Shown: piece after piece, positions 1 through 9,751 of the stretch
Layout of the letters: each line of letters begins with the position of its first letter
Numbering within the stretch: position 1 is the first letter of the stretch
Notes under the pieces: generated by a model
Seen by the model: the letters and a program-made list of their open reading frames with translations, nothing else
Database searches by the model: none
Told to the model about the DNA's origin: nothing
Translations under genes and position numbers: made by a program
Virus record (IMG/VR): IMGVR_UViG_3300028608_000007
Coordinates: 116,544 to 180,543 of that record
Origin: a virus
DNA length: 64,000 nucleotides
Reading direction: 5' to 3' (one strand)

Positions 1-4
1 TCAA

Positions 5-445
5 ATGTCTGGCTGGTTAGGTCCACAGACTGTCAAGGTGTTGCCGGTTTCGGAATTCAACGGTCCTTGGGCTGCGAGTTCGGGAACGCCAAAAGATGTC
101 TTGAACACCCCGACTACCAGTGCGGCTGACCGGTTGACGCCTTTGGTAACCACTGATGTTAATGCGTCGGAAGCCATCCTGAAGTTCGATGCGTCTCAGG
201 TGACTGGTTTCATCAAGGGGATTTCGCTCAACGTGGCGATGCAAAAGGCGCCAGGCAAATTAGGTAACTTAGAATCGTCGATCACCTCCGCAGGCGTCGA
301 GAGTAGCAAGTCGTCTGCCACGGCCGCAAACGCCATGGCGATGTATACCCGACAGTTACTCTCTAGCAAAGCACCTAACGGCGGTGCTTGGACTATCGAG
401 AGTCTTGCTGCTGCAACCGTCAAACTCAAACCCGTCAATAGTTAA
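5..445 (+). CDS. Virion structural protein, probably 5'-truncated; paralog of the C-terminal domain of 457..1563
   Basis: Shares the pattern LGP..VK.LP...W...G....D.LN....SA..R...L..D...S....K.D.S with the C-terminus of the next ORF; lies in a plus-strand structural cluster. Confidence 0.6.
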   Translation: MSGWLGPQTVKVLPVSEFNGPWAASSGTPKDVLNTPTTSAADRLTPLVTTDVNASEAILKFDASQVTGFIKGISLNVAMQKAPGKLGNLESSITSAGVESSKSSATAANAMAMYTRQLLSSKAPNGGAWTIESLAAATVKLKPVNS

Positions 446-456
446 AGGGGGCTACC

Positions 457-1563
457 ATGGCCAAAGAAGTAAGACCGATTGGTATCGAACACCTCGATGA
501 CTGGTTCGGTAACCCACGGGTAGGTGCGGGGTTCTTGCATACCGGTTGGGACATGTACACCGTTAAGCAAGGTGCCCACCAATTGATGTCAATCTTTAAG
601 AAAGACGCTCAATTGCGCTATGGCTTGATGGCGGCAGGAACCAACGGATCGGCCGAGGGGATGGTTCAGATTCTTAACCGAACGCTGTGGGCCAACCGTA
701 GTGACATCGCAAAAGCGTGTATTGGTTTCCGGTATAAACCAGGTAACCGTACGCCCTCAGCGGCTATCCCGATTGGCATGAAGCTCGATCGGGTAACTGG
801 GGATGGGGGGGCTAGTGCCGATAACGTCATTTACACTTTCCCAACGACCCAGGGTGAGGCCTATTTCGAAATTGAAATCATCCCCTACGACGGTGTGGCC
901 GGGTATGGTTTTACCGTCTACCGTGATGGAGACCAGATTGCCACGGCTGCAATGGGCTCTTGGTTCACTCGAGCAGCTTGGCCTGCCTGCCAGTTTGCCA
1001 TTGGTAGTGCTACGTTGGTGCACGCCGCGCAGGTTAATGGTTGGCTACAGGGCGATTACATGTTCTCGTGGGAGGACATGTATGTGGCTTGGACTACGGA
1101 CCAAACTGAGAAAATCCGTTTGGGACCAATTCGTGTGAAGCGGCTACCGTACGAACAAGTAGACTTATCAAACTGGACGGCTCAGGGTGGTAAAACTGCT
1201 CTGGATATTCTGAACCTTACGAACAACAGTGCTAATAAGCGCACCGATTATCTGTCCAGCGACCCTGCCAACAGCGTACTTAAGTGCAAGTTGGATCTCT
1301 CGGGTCTTAAGTCCAGTGATCAGGTGTTGGCTCTCAGCGCTATTACGTCCGCGTGGCGCGATGGTGGCACCGTGGGCAATCTGAACGTTCGTTGGGATCA
1401 CACTGATGGTCAAAGTGCTGCTTCCGCTTACACTCCTACCAGCGACGTGTATACACAGCAATTCGATAAGCAGGTACCAGTTCTAACCCAAACCCCAGGT
1501 GGAGCTGCTCTCACCAAAGCCTCCATGGCCGCACTGGAGCTGGTGGTCACTCCTAGCGCGTAG
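457..1563 (+). CDS. Virion tail/baseplate-associated structural protein (beta-rich, lectin-like fold likely)
   Basis: 368 aa ORF with SD GGGGG; beta-strand-rich composition; structural context. Confidence 0.55.
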   Translation: MAKEVRPIGIEHLDDWFGNPRVGAGFLHTGWDMYTVKQGAHQLMSIFKKDAQLRYGLMAAGTNGSAEGMVQILNRTLWANRSDIAKACIGFRYKPGNRTPSAAIPIGMKLDRVTGDGGASADNVIYTFPTTQGEAYFEIEIIPYDGVAGYGFTVYRDGDQIATAAMGSWFTRAAWPACQFAIGSATLVHAAQVNGWLQGDYMFSWEDMYVAWTTDQTEKIRLGPIRVKRLPYEQVDLSNWTAQGGKTALDILNLTNNSANKRTDYLSSDPANSVLKCKLDLSGLKSSDQVLALSAITSAWRDGGTVGNLNVRWDHTDGQSAASAYTPTSDVYTQQFDKQVPVLTQTPGGAALTKASMAALELVVTPSA

Positions 1564-1570
1564 GTGAACT

Positions 1571-2323
1571 ATGTCATTCAATCTTCGTAACGCCCCGGCG
1601 TACGCGGCGATTCCGGTTGAGCAGAAGATCAACCTACGTAACGCTCCTGTTTACGCTATCGTTGCAGAAACACCAGCGGCACAAATCCGTTCCACCAGCA
1701 TGTTTGTGCTGGCAGAGACGCCGCCGTATGTCGACCTGCGTAAAGTCTCAGTGTTTGTTCTGGAAGCGGCAGTTTCTCCTTCCTTGTTCTCAAGTCTCAA
1801 CGGGTTAGAGACACTACGCTTGGCCATCAAAAAGGAACTCGGTGTTGTTGTCACTGATGCTTTGGCAACCTTCGGGAACCCTGTGGCCATCACCAGTGGA
1901 TATAACACCGCTGTGACATTGGCGGCAAATCCGAACTCTGACTTCCAGGGTACCGTAACAATCCAGTACAACCGGTTCAAACTCGAAGAAGCATTTAAAG
2001 GAAAGAATACTTCTCAGGTTATCGGTGGTGCTACGTCGATCCATGGTCGCTTAGCGGCGATCAACGCGTTCTTCGGATTGAAGTTGGAACCTCGGGATGT
2101 GGTCGATCGGACGTTGTTACCAGACACTCCGGGCTTTACACTGCGGGTGGCAAATACCAGCTACCTGTATCAGCCAGGTACCACGATTCTCATCGGTCAA
2201 GAGGTTACCAATGACCTTGGTACGCTGATTGAAGTGGATCAGATGGACGGCTTCTCGGTGACCACTAGCCTGGAAGACTGGATTCAAGTTACTGCAATGA
2301 ATGGATTCGAGCCAGCGACTTGA
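1571..2323 (+). CDS. Tail-associated protein, phiKZ gp131-135-like paralog family
   Basis: Motifs GTVTIQYNRFKL and SYLYQPG, C-terminal MNGFEPA shared with neighbouring paralogs; N-terminal repeats (NLRNAPAYA/NLRNAPVYA). Confidence 0.55.
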   Translation: MSFNLRNAPAYAAIPVEQKINLRNAPVYAIVAETPAAQIRSTSMFVLAETPPYVDLRKVSVFVLEAAVSPSLFSSLNGLETLRLAIKKELGVVVTDALATFGNPVAITSGYNTAVTLAANPNSDFQGTVTIQYNRFKLEEAFKGKNTSQVIGGATSIHGRLAAINAFFGLKLEPRDVVDRTLLPDTPGFTLRVANTSYLYQPGTTILIGQEVTNDLGTLIEVDQMDGFSVTTSLEDWIQVTAMNGFEPAT

Positions 2324-2359
2324 CGGCATAGAGGGAGGCCACCGCCTCCCCTTATGCTC
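2323..2359. terminator. Bidirectional intrinsic terminator between convergent genes
   Basis: GGCATA-GAGGGAGGC-CACC-GCCTCCCCT-TATGC. Confidence 0.8.
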
Positions 2360-2867
2360 AGAGCTTACGGATCGTCAGATCCACGGCGCCCAGGTAAACC
2401 CAGCTACCGTCTTTGGCCAGCAGTTGCAGCGTCTTGCTTTCGCCAGCAGCCGTTGGTAACACCGCACCGGTTTCGAACTCCAACTCACCAGCGATCAGTT
2501 TGTAGCGATCAGCGATGAGGGTGATGATGCTCTGGAGTGTGTCACCCGTTTGCAGCGTGTAGGTGGTCGACTTGACGATCTCTTCGATATACAGACGACG
2601 GTAGTTCAGCGTCTGCGTACCGTAGAACTCGTTGTTCAGAGTTGCTTCCACCGTGAGGGACGAATTCTTCACGGTGATGTCGCCGCTGGTGTCAATCTGA
2701 AGCAGGTCCTTAAGGACGAAATCATCGAGAGTAAACGACGTGCCGTTGGTCTCGTTGATCTGGTTGATGACGTTCTGAAGCGGGCTTAAAGTGTGATCAA
2801 CTAGCACGTTGATAACTCCTGTTGTAGTAGGGACGTCTATAACGATAGGTGCTCGGCGACGTATCAT
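2358..2867 (-). CDS. Tail-associated paralog (gp131-135-like family), inverted orientation
   Basis: GTQTLNYRRLYI and SWVYLG motifs match the flanking plus-strand paralogs. Confidence 0.55.
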   Translation of the reverse strand: MIRRRAPIVIDVPTTTGVINVLVDHTLSPLQNVINQINETNGTSFTLDDFVLKDLLQIDTSGDITVKNSSLTVEATLNNEFYGTQTLNYRRLYIEEIVKSTTYTLQTGDTLQSIITLIADRYKLIAGELEFETGAVLPTAAGESKTLQLLAKDGSWVYLGAVDLTIRKL

Positions 2868-2917
2868 TTGACGGGACTTAAACCCAAACCCATTTTCTAA
2901 ATGCAGGCGTCTTTGCC

Positions 2918-3448
2918 ATGTACCACATTGGAATGAAATCAGTAGAGCAGTTACTCGCTCTACTTAACGACACCAACGGGTTGTCGTTAACACTTGATGA
3001 CATCCAGTTCAGTACGCCAGTTGCGCTGACCCCAGAGTCTCAGGTAGGCGACGACAATCCTGCCAACACCGAGATTCTGATTGTAGCCAAACCTAATCGA
3101 AAACCGATTGGTGAGGTGAAGGTTCGGTATGATCGGATTGATCTGGCTGACTTTGAAACCCTACGTGACCCGACGGAAATCGAAGTCACACTTCCTTTGA
3201 CCCACGCCCGGTTAATGGAAGCATTCAATACCCATTACGGTTCTGCGTTAGAACTGGAAGACATTGATGTCGCCACTGTCCTACCTGAAGACATTGAGGA
3301 AGAGACCTTTGTTGAGCTGAAAGCCTCTGTAGGCTCCTTGGCTTATCGAGGGGAGATCCTGCTGTCTGTGATCCCAGGTACGATCAAACTCAGCAATGTG
3401 ATCATTGTACGAGCGCTCAGTGGCCTTGAGTATATGGGTCGACCTTAA
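2918..3448 (+). CDS. Tail-associated paralog (gp131-135-like family)
   Basis: GEVKVRYDRIDL and SLAYRG motifs; C-terminal LSGLEY. Confidence 0.55.
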   Translation: MYHIGMKSVEQLLALLNDTNGLSLTLDDIQFSTPVALTPESQVGDDNPANTEILIVAKPNRKPIGEVKVRYDRIDLADFETLRDPTEIEVTLPLTHARLMEAFNTHYGSALELEDIDVATVLPEDIEEETFVELKASVGSLAYRGEILLSVIPGTIKLSNVIIVRALSGLEYMGRP

Positions 3449-3449
3449 T

Positions 3450-3477
3450 AGAGGGGCCTTCGGGCCCTTTTATGCCA
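3450..3477 (+). terminator. Intrinsic terminator
   Basis: GGGGCC-TTCG-GGCCC-TTTTATGCC. Confidence 0.8.
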
Positions 3478-3549
3478 GACTTTCTGTGTATTTTTTAATA
3501 TCTTATGAGTAGGACATACGTCTTACTCTGTTTACCTGTGGAGATCCCC

Positions 3550-4056
3550 ATGAAAATCAATGTCGCTCAAACTGGTGCCGAGAACATTCTGGCTCTGGTC
3601 CTGGACGCCAACCCTGGTCTGTCGCTGACCGCTGCTCAGTTCACTCTGGGCAACCCAAGCGTATTCGTGGGTGCTGGTGGCCGTAACACTCAGGTTACCC
3701 TGACTGCCGTCGAAGGTGAAGGCAAGACTGGTACCAAAACCATCGACTACACCCGTCTGAACCCAGTGACCGGCCCTAACGCCGCTCAAGCTGTGTCTGG
3801 CGTACAAGTCGCTCTGGACGCCACTGACGTACAGATCAAAGCTCAACTGGTTGCCCTGTTCGGCGCAGTTGCTGCTGATGTCGTCGTCTCCGGCCTGGTC
3901 CTGCCAGTAGATGCTGACACCGACGGTGAAATCGTTTTCGCCGCCGCTGCCAACAGCCTGCTGTACGTGGGTCAGACCACCGTCGTGCTGAAAGCTCCGG
4001 TTGAAGACCTGAGTGGCATCGAAGGTCAGATGAACGGCTTCGAACCTGAAGCCTAA
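3550..4056 (+). CDS. Tail-associated paralog (gp131-135-like family)
   Basis: Start moved to ATG 3550 (SD GGAGA); GTKTIDYTRL and SLLYVG motifs; C-terminal MNGFEPEA. Confidence 0.6.
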   Translation: MKINVAQTGAENILALVLDANPGLSLTAAQFTLGNPSVFVGAGGRNTQVTLTAVEGEGKTGTKTIDYTRLNPVTGPNAAQAVSGVQVALDATDVQIKAQLVALFGAVAADVVVSGLVLPVDADTDGEIVFAAAANSLLYVGQTTVVLKAPVEDLSGIEGQMNGFEPEA

Positions 4057-4061
4057 GTAAT

Positions 4062-4099
4062 CGGCATATTGGGAGGCCTTCGGGCCTCCCTCTATGCTG
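4062..4099. terminator. Bidirectional intrinsic terminator
   Basis: GGCATA..GGGAGGCC-TTCG-GGCCTCCC..TATGC between convergent genes. Confidence 0.8.
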
Positions 4100-4103
4100 T
4101 CTG

Positions 4104-4751
4104 TCACAGGAAGTACAATTCCAGGTGTTCTTTGATCTTCTCGAGATTTTCAGCCACCGGAAGTTCTGCATCCAACACCAGCGAACGTTCAGTGGTGTGT
4201 GGGTGTCGCACTTGGAAACCTTCACGCACTGCATCGTGGTACTCGATGCCTTTCAACTCGATGCGGTCTTTGGCACGCACGACATCAGACTGACGAGCCA
4301 TTGCCACACGAGGGTCGATGTCAAGGAACACCACGAGATCGGGACGGAACCCTTTAAGAGCGATCTCTTCGACCTTGAGGAAGTCCAACGTGTCCACCAC
4401 AGAATCGTCCACAGCATGACATTGCATGGCGTAAGACGAATCGGTGTAGCGGTCGCTCAGTACGACGTTACCCAACTCAAGTTTTGGCTTGATCATCTCT
4501 TCGGTGTGTTGAATCCGACCAGCCATGAAGCAGAACAGTTCTGCCATTGGGTTGAACGGTTCGTCACGCCTTTTGAGCAGAAGCTCACGAATCTCTTCGG
4601 CCAATGGGGTACCGCCCGGTTCACGGGTTTCTACCACTTCGTTGGAGATACGAGTCCGCAGCCATTTCGCCACCTCGACACGCATAGTGGTTTTGCCGCA
4701 GAAATCAGGACCTTCAAAAGCCACGAAGAACGGTTTAACTTGATTGCTCAT
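4104..4751 (-). CDS. tmk: Thymidylate (dTMP) kinase
   Basis: P-loop FEGPDFCGKTT, REPGG, DRY motifs. Confidence 0.92.
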   Translation of the reverse strand: MSNQVKPFFVAFEGPDFCGKTTMRVEVAKWLRTRISNEVVETREPGGTPLAEEIRELLLKRRDEPFNPMAELFCFMAGRIQHTEEMIKPKLELGNVVLSDRYTDSSYAMQCHAVDDSVVDTLDFLKVEEIALKGFRPDLVVFLDIDPRVAMARQSDVVRAKDRIELKGIEYHDAVREGFQVRHPHTTERSLVLDAELPVAENLEKIKEHLELYFL

Positions 4752-6096
4752 TCTTGTCTGGTTCCAGGAACAAAGTCAGGGAGGTGTTGCTGACATAACG
4801 TCGAGCGGTTGATCCCGTACCTTTTAGATGAATGTAGTCTTGAGTCATCGTGACTACGCCAAACAGCTCCTTGGTCTCACCACCTGCTTCGTACAGGTAA
4901 CGGACTGGCATCCCTGGGTAGATCAAACTGCCCCGAGAGTTTTCCCATTTGACCTGCACAGGCTGGCCTTTACGAGAAGAGATCTTTGACAACGCAGACA
5001 TCAAGTTGCTGGAGATCTTGTCCGCCGCTTGTACAACATGGTTTAACCCATTCTTGGCTTCTTCAAACAACACCTCGGTAACGTTCTTTCCTCGTGAGAG
5101 GGTGGTCACGTTCTCGATGGTTTCACCAAAGCTGTCGAAGATGGACTTGGCATCTGTGAAACGAATACCGTTACCCTCACCTACCTGACGAGCGTTAGAC
5201 GCATCCACCGATCGAGTCGAACCAGTGGCCAAGATGATCAACTGGTTGGTTGTCTGACGGAACGTACGCTCAATCTCAGGGAAGCGGTTCTCGGGGACGT
5301 TGATCACCGTCAAACCACTAGGAGTAGCTTCGAAGCGTTGTGTGTTAAAGAGAGGCCATACATACCAAGAGCCTTGGTGTAAGTAAAAACCGATTTCACT
5401 GTTGTAGATGCCCCCACACTTGTCTTGAATGTAGTTAGGCAGTGCTACTAACGGAGTACCGTGTGGAATGACCACATGGGCTCGTTTCTCAGTGTTATCG
5501 GCTGGCACCATGTCAATGGCTTCAATCGACAACCCGCGTTCCAGAGGCATCTTGTTGGACTGGTCAGCGAGCATTGCCTGCAATACTTGCCAAGGCGTTG
5601 CTTGCTTGAACACACCACCCACAGTACAACCACGCAGCCATTCGGTTACGTTGTCAATCAACTGGAACTGGACTTTCATGATGTCGCCCAAGTCACCAAA
5701 CTGAACAGAGTCCAGCAGGGGAGACGAACCTTCCTTGGCATGGTCTCGAACGTCCATCAAGATTGCAGTGTAGATCAAGGTCTCCACCTGAGCATCTGCT
5801 GACACCGTATCAGACACTTCACCGATGTACTGACGCTGAATCACAGCCTTGAGGTTGTTCCTGTAGGGGAACAGCTTCTGGGCGTATGTCCCTGCACCAA
5901 ACACCACTTCCATGACGATTGAGTCAGCAAAGCTTTGGGTGAAGTCACGCACGATATCAACCGACATGAACTTCAGTGGAGCCACCGTGTTACCGTCGGG
6001 CAACTGGAACCACACTTCGTACAAGTAATGGACATCCTTCGCACCTTCCTTGGTGATCTTGGAGATCTCATTCATTAACGTACTTTTCTCGATCAT
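4735..6096 (-). CDS. Virion structural protein, probable baseplate hub (phiKZ gp101-like position)
   Basis: 453 aa; synteny with the phiKZ gp98-101 block; hub-like beta composition (inference). Confidence 0.45.
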   Translation of the reverse strand: MIEKSTLMNEISKITKEGAKDVHYLYEVWFQLPDGNTVAPLKFMSVDIVRDFTQSFADSIVMEVVFGAGTYAQKLFPYRNNLKAVIQRQYIGEVSDTVSADAQVETLIYTAILMDVRDHAKEGSSPLLDSVQFGDLGDIMKVQFQLIDNVTEWLRGCTVGGVFKQATPWQVLQAMLADQSNKMPLERGLSIEAIDMVPADNTEKRAHVVIPHGTPLVALPNYIQDKCGGIYNSEIGFYLHQGSWYVWPLFNTQRFEATPSGLTVINVPENRFPEIERTFRQTTNQLIILATGSTRSVDASNARQVGEGNGIRFTDAKSIFDSFGETIENVTTLSRGKNVTEVLFEEAKNGLNHVVQAADKISSNLMSALSKISSRKGQPVQVKWENSRGSLIYPGMPVRYLYEAGGETKELFGVVTMTQDYIHLKGTGSTARRYVSNTSLTLFLEPDKNEQSS

Positions 6097-6665
6097 ACGT
6101 TAGCGCCTCGACGGATCAGTTGGTCAGCCAGACCTTCTACCATCATCGAGTGTTCCATCGGAATGTTCGACGACACTTCCACAGGGGTCTGCATGTCACG
6201 ACGTACAGCACGGCGAGACAGACGATCCAAGCTGCGGAACAGGCGAGACGTACTCACCTCGGTTTGAACGTGTTGACGCGCCATCGGGTAAACGAGGGCT
6301 GCAAACTCTTCCAAGATCCGAAGGTCGTTAACAGGTACTTGGTCACGGAGCCCTGGGTCTCGGTTGACTTCGTCCTGCCAGTCGTTGATGTGTTCCAAGA
6401 TCCATCCGTAGATCTGTTTGGATTCATCAGGGTTAACGAGTGCAATGGATGCACCTTGTTCGGCGTAACCTGCCATCTGGTGAACCGTTAAGTTCACCTT
6501 CACCAAGTTCTGGTAAGCGGCAGCATCCACATCCGGGTCACCCGAAGAGTACAGTCCAAACTTCTGAACGTACTCCTGCGAGTAAAGGTACATCTGCGGG
6601 ATCAGACATTCCACGAAGTAGTGGAAGATCTTGTACGCAGCGGTGTGATGCTTTTGTTCTAACAT
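6093..6665 (-). CDS. Conserved hypothetical protein in the neck/hub operon
   Basis: 190 aa ORF translationally coupled to both neighbours. Confidence 0.6.
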   Translation of the reverse strand: MLEQKHHTAAYKIFHYFVECLIPQMYLYSQEYVQKFGLYSSGDPDVDAAAYQNLVKVNLTVHQMAGYAEQGASIALVNPDESKQIYGWILEHINDWQDEVNRDPGLRDQVPVNDLRILEEFAALVYPMARQHVQTEVSTSRLFRSLDRLSRRAVRRDMQTPVEVSSNIPMEHSMMVEGLADQLIRRGANV

Positions 6666-8056
6666 CAGTAATCCCTCAAGCCGACCTTGATCAGGATCAT
6701 CAACATCGGAACGTAGTAGAACCGTTCCAAGTTAGACCAGTTCTTGGAGGTGCGCACCAAGTACAACAGTACGGTCTTGTCGATGGCTTCACCTTGCAGC
6801 AAGTCCCACAACAGCTTCTCAAGCTTAGAGAACCCTTCTGGAGTGTTCTCATAGAACGCTTGGGACAGCACGTAGTAGTCATCCTTGTTGACATGGTGGA
6901 TGTCAGGCAGAGCAGCTACCCCTACAGCGTCCTCAGAGGCCGTATGGAAGCCTTTCATCTCCGACTGCACCAGCACACGCCGTAAGTCGTTATAACGCGT
7001 CTGCCCGCCTAATAGGCGCCCTGGAACGAGAGGATCGTTGTAGACCTCCTGACCATCGACGTGACGCAGGGTAGAACGCTCCGTAGGGAACACAACTTCC
7101 TGTACGCCACTGTAGTAGATCCCATCAAACAACGGACTTTCATCGAACTGACGGTAGGACACCAGACCAGCCGTTTGGAAGCACAGGTCGATCATGTCAG
7201 CATCGGCAGCAATCAAACAGGTCCAAAGGTTGTTCTCTTTGTACCGGATCGAGCGATCAGTGTTGAGCGCTTTGATCTTCATGATGGTGTTGTTGTCAGT
7301 GTTGTCCAGCGTTGACAGGAAAGCCGTAACGAAGAACGGGTCGTAACACACACTGGTCTCTTGGTCGGGGATGATCAGCGTAGCGTACTCAGTGTTGAAG
7401 AAGTCAACCAAGTACTGGTTAAGCATCTTCTTGTAACCCTGGTTCAACGCAGCGATCTGTTCAAACTCGCTGGTAGCGATGACAGGGTTCTGACCGTAGT
7501 AGATGAAGTCACGAACGAACGTCGTGTCTCTCACCACTTTGCGTGCAAGGTCGTCCTTGTACTGTTTGGTCAGGTAGTCCCGCATGACGTAGTCAATGGT
7601 GTAGACTGCGTCTTTGAACACCGCTTTCTTTTCAGAGCGGATGACCGTGAACACACCCACTCGACCGTCACCTACGTCGGCCAAGAAGATGTCGCCTTGG
7701 TTAGGCATCGTCCCGCCGTAAACCGTAGCGGAACCTGTGATCACAGTGTTGCGGTCAGCGTCTTGCTGCTGGTAGGACAGCGGGGTGGTAACCTTCAGCT
7801 CCAAGTGACGAATCAACTTGTACTGTTGGTAGACTGCTTTCTGCGTCAGTTGCAGGTCGGAGGTTTCGTTGTCCAGATCGAGCACTTGGTTGTAGTAGTC
7901 GACAGTCCAGCTAGCGCCTTCAACGTGAGTCAGTAACGCAGTCTGTGGAACGTAACGAGAGTCCACCACCTGATTGCGAACTTCGGGAGCCACAGCAATC
8001 GGCTCTACCGGAACCGCCTTCGGTGGCAAACCCTGTTTGGAGTCTAAGATTGGCAT
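6665..8056 (-). CDS. Virion neck/head-completion protein (T4 gp14-like; phiKZ gp99-like position)
   Basis: PNQGDIF motif with VFTV..E and YTIDY resembling T4 gp14-type stoppers; synteny. Confidence 0.45.
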   Translation of the reverse strand: MPILDSKQGLPPKAVPVEPIAVAPEVRNQVVDSRYVPQTALLTHVEGASWTVDYYNQVLDLDNETSDLQLTQKAVYQQYKLIRHLELKVTTPLSYQQQDADRNTVITGSATVYGGTMPNQGDIFLADVGDGRVGVFTVIRSEKKAVFKDAVYTIDYVMRDYLTKQYKDDLARKVVRDTTFVRDFIYYGQNPVIATSEFEQIAALNQGYKKMLNQYLVDFFNTEYATLIIPDQETSVCYDPFFVTAFLSTLDNTDNNTIMKIKALNTDRSIRYKENNLWTCLIAADADMIDLCFQTAGLVSYRQFDESPLFDGIYYSGVQEVVFPTERSTLRHVDGQEVYNDPLVPGRLLGGQTRYNDLRRVLVQSEMKGFHTASEDAVGVAALPDIHHVNKDDYYVLSQAFYENTPEGFSKLEKLLWDLLQGEAIDKTVLLYLVRTSKNWSNLERFYYVPMLMILIKVGLRDY

Positions 8057-9558
8057 TAGGGTTTTCCTCTCTTAGCGATGATACCGGTAACGCCTACCGT
8101 GTACATCCGACGAACTTGGGATTCCCGCTTCTTGTTGATGATGTCTTGCAACCAGCCACCAGGGAAGTGACCACCAATCAACGGAGGCAGGGGTTTCTTG
8201 TTGGGGTACAGAGTTTTGATGACCTCAGTACAGAACTCACCGTCTTCTTTCAACCGATCGATAGCACCCGGCGACAGTACAGACAGGTCAGTGACTAACC
8301 CGAAGCGCAAGTGGTACATATAACGAGGGTTCATGTCCAAGGCGCAGGTGAGGTTGCCGTCTACGTCCATCAGCACCGTACCGTCTGGCATCGGCTTACC
8401 CCAACGGTACAGACCGAAGTGGAAGATCGAATCGTACAGTCGGTTGATGTAAGGCCATTCCTTCTTGAGGAACCGCAACGTCGCAGGACTGAATTCAAAG
8501 TCACCCAACTCATTGATGTTGAACAACTCACCACGATCCTCACCAATGCCCACCAGAACGTCTAGCATGCTCGCTGTGCGTGAGTGATGCCACTCTGGTA
8601 GCCAATCATCAAACGCAGGAATACGATTGCCTAACAGCGGCTGCGTGCGTTCCTTGTAAAGGTTGGTGAATTGGTCGTAGTAGTACCGATCGTTAGCAGG
8701 ACGACGTGCACGCTTGATCAACTCGTAGACCGAGTATTCACTGCGATACTTGACGTCGATCAGTTGGTTGTGGATGCAGACGGGGTAATGGAATTGAACA
8801 CCCACTACTTTGTCGTACTGGAACGTGTAATCGAAACCAGTCTCCCACGGAGCACCATCACCAGCCTTGGAACCTTTGTCTGGTTGTGCTACAAAGTTAA
8901 AACCACCCACGATGCCTGCTTGACGCTCAGTGATCGCCATGATGGGTTGAGTACCGGCTTGGGTAGTCAGTTGGGTAGCACGGCCTGAGATGTGGTCTTT
9001 CACCCACTTGCCGAGTTCCTCACCGTAAGGCTCCACCCGCTCACGCATCTCAAAGATCTCGTGAAGGATGATAGCTACGACATCAGGGACCGGATAGTGG
9101 TAGTCCATCTCGTGAAGGATTTCCACGCGCCCTTGAGAGCTGCGCACACGGAATTCGTCACGCCACTTTTCTGCCATCGTGCGATCAGGTGCCCGGTAGC
9201 GGAAGCTAATCGTGACCTCACATTGAACGTAGATCGGTTTGACATAAACGTCCAACTTCTGATCGTAGAAAATAAAAGGTACGTTAGGTCGCTTCACTGC
9301 CGAAGTCAGTGTGCGGTCTTCAATGTACTGTTCGTCTGCTTCGATGTTGATACGACCATTGAACGGGAACTTGTTTTGAATCCCGTTAGTCGTCATCGTA
9401 GAGCCTGGTTGGAATTGAGACTCGGCTGCACCGAAGAACTCAAAACCCGTATCCTCAGGAAGCCTCATGATGCCAATGAGCTGTTTCGCTACCTGGACAA
9501 TAGCTGGACGGGTAATGGAGTTATACGTCTCTGGTAGTTCAACGACAATATTGGGCAT
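8056..9558 (-). CDS. Virion neck/tail-terminator-like protein (phiKZ gp98-like position)
   Basis: Start moved to ATG 9558 (SD GGAGA); 500 aa; synteny; loose T4 gp15-like pattern. Confidence 0.45.
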   Translation of the reverse strand: MPNIVVELPETYNSITRPAIVQVAKQLIGIMRLPEDTGFEFFGAAESQFQPGSTMTTNGIQNKFPFNGRINIEADEQYIEDRTLTSAVKRPNVPFIFYDQKLDVYVKPIYVQCEVTISFRYRAPDRTMAEKWRDEFRVRSSQGRVEILHEMDYHYPVPDVVAIILHEIFEMRERVEPYGEELGKWVKDHISGRATQLTTQAGTQPIMAITERQAGIVGGFNFVAQPDKGSKAGDGAPWETGFDYTFQYDKVVGVQFHYPVCIHNQLIDVKYRSEYSVYELIKRARRPANDRYYYDQFTNLYKERTQPLLGNRIPAFDDWLPEWHHSRTASMLDVLVGIGEDRGELFNINELGDFEFSPATLRFLKKEWPYINRLYDSIFHFGLYRWGKPMPDGTVLMDVDGNLTCALDMNPRYMYHLRFGLVTDLSVLSPGAIDRLKEDGEFCTEVIKTLYPNKKPLPPLIGGHFPGGWLQDIINKKRESQVRRMYTVGVTGIIAKRGKP

Positions 9559-9707
9559 GTCGGGTCTCCAGTGTAAGATCATAGGATACCCAGAGAACAA
9601 CAGCATAAGGACCAGCCATATAGGCTGGCTATATTGGGAATAAAGAGCCCCTAGACAACAGCGGTGTTTTAAGGGCATTTGATACGGCTAGGTAGTAGGA
9701 AAATACC

Positions 9708-9748
9708 AAAAAAAACACCCCTAGACAAGCGGGTGTTTCTTATGCCGT
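9708..9748 (-). terminator. Intrinsic terminator ending the early two-gene island
   Basis: Minus strand AAACACCC..GGGTGTTT followed by T8; TATGCCG on the plus side. Confidence 0.75.
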
Positions 9749-9751
9749 CGC

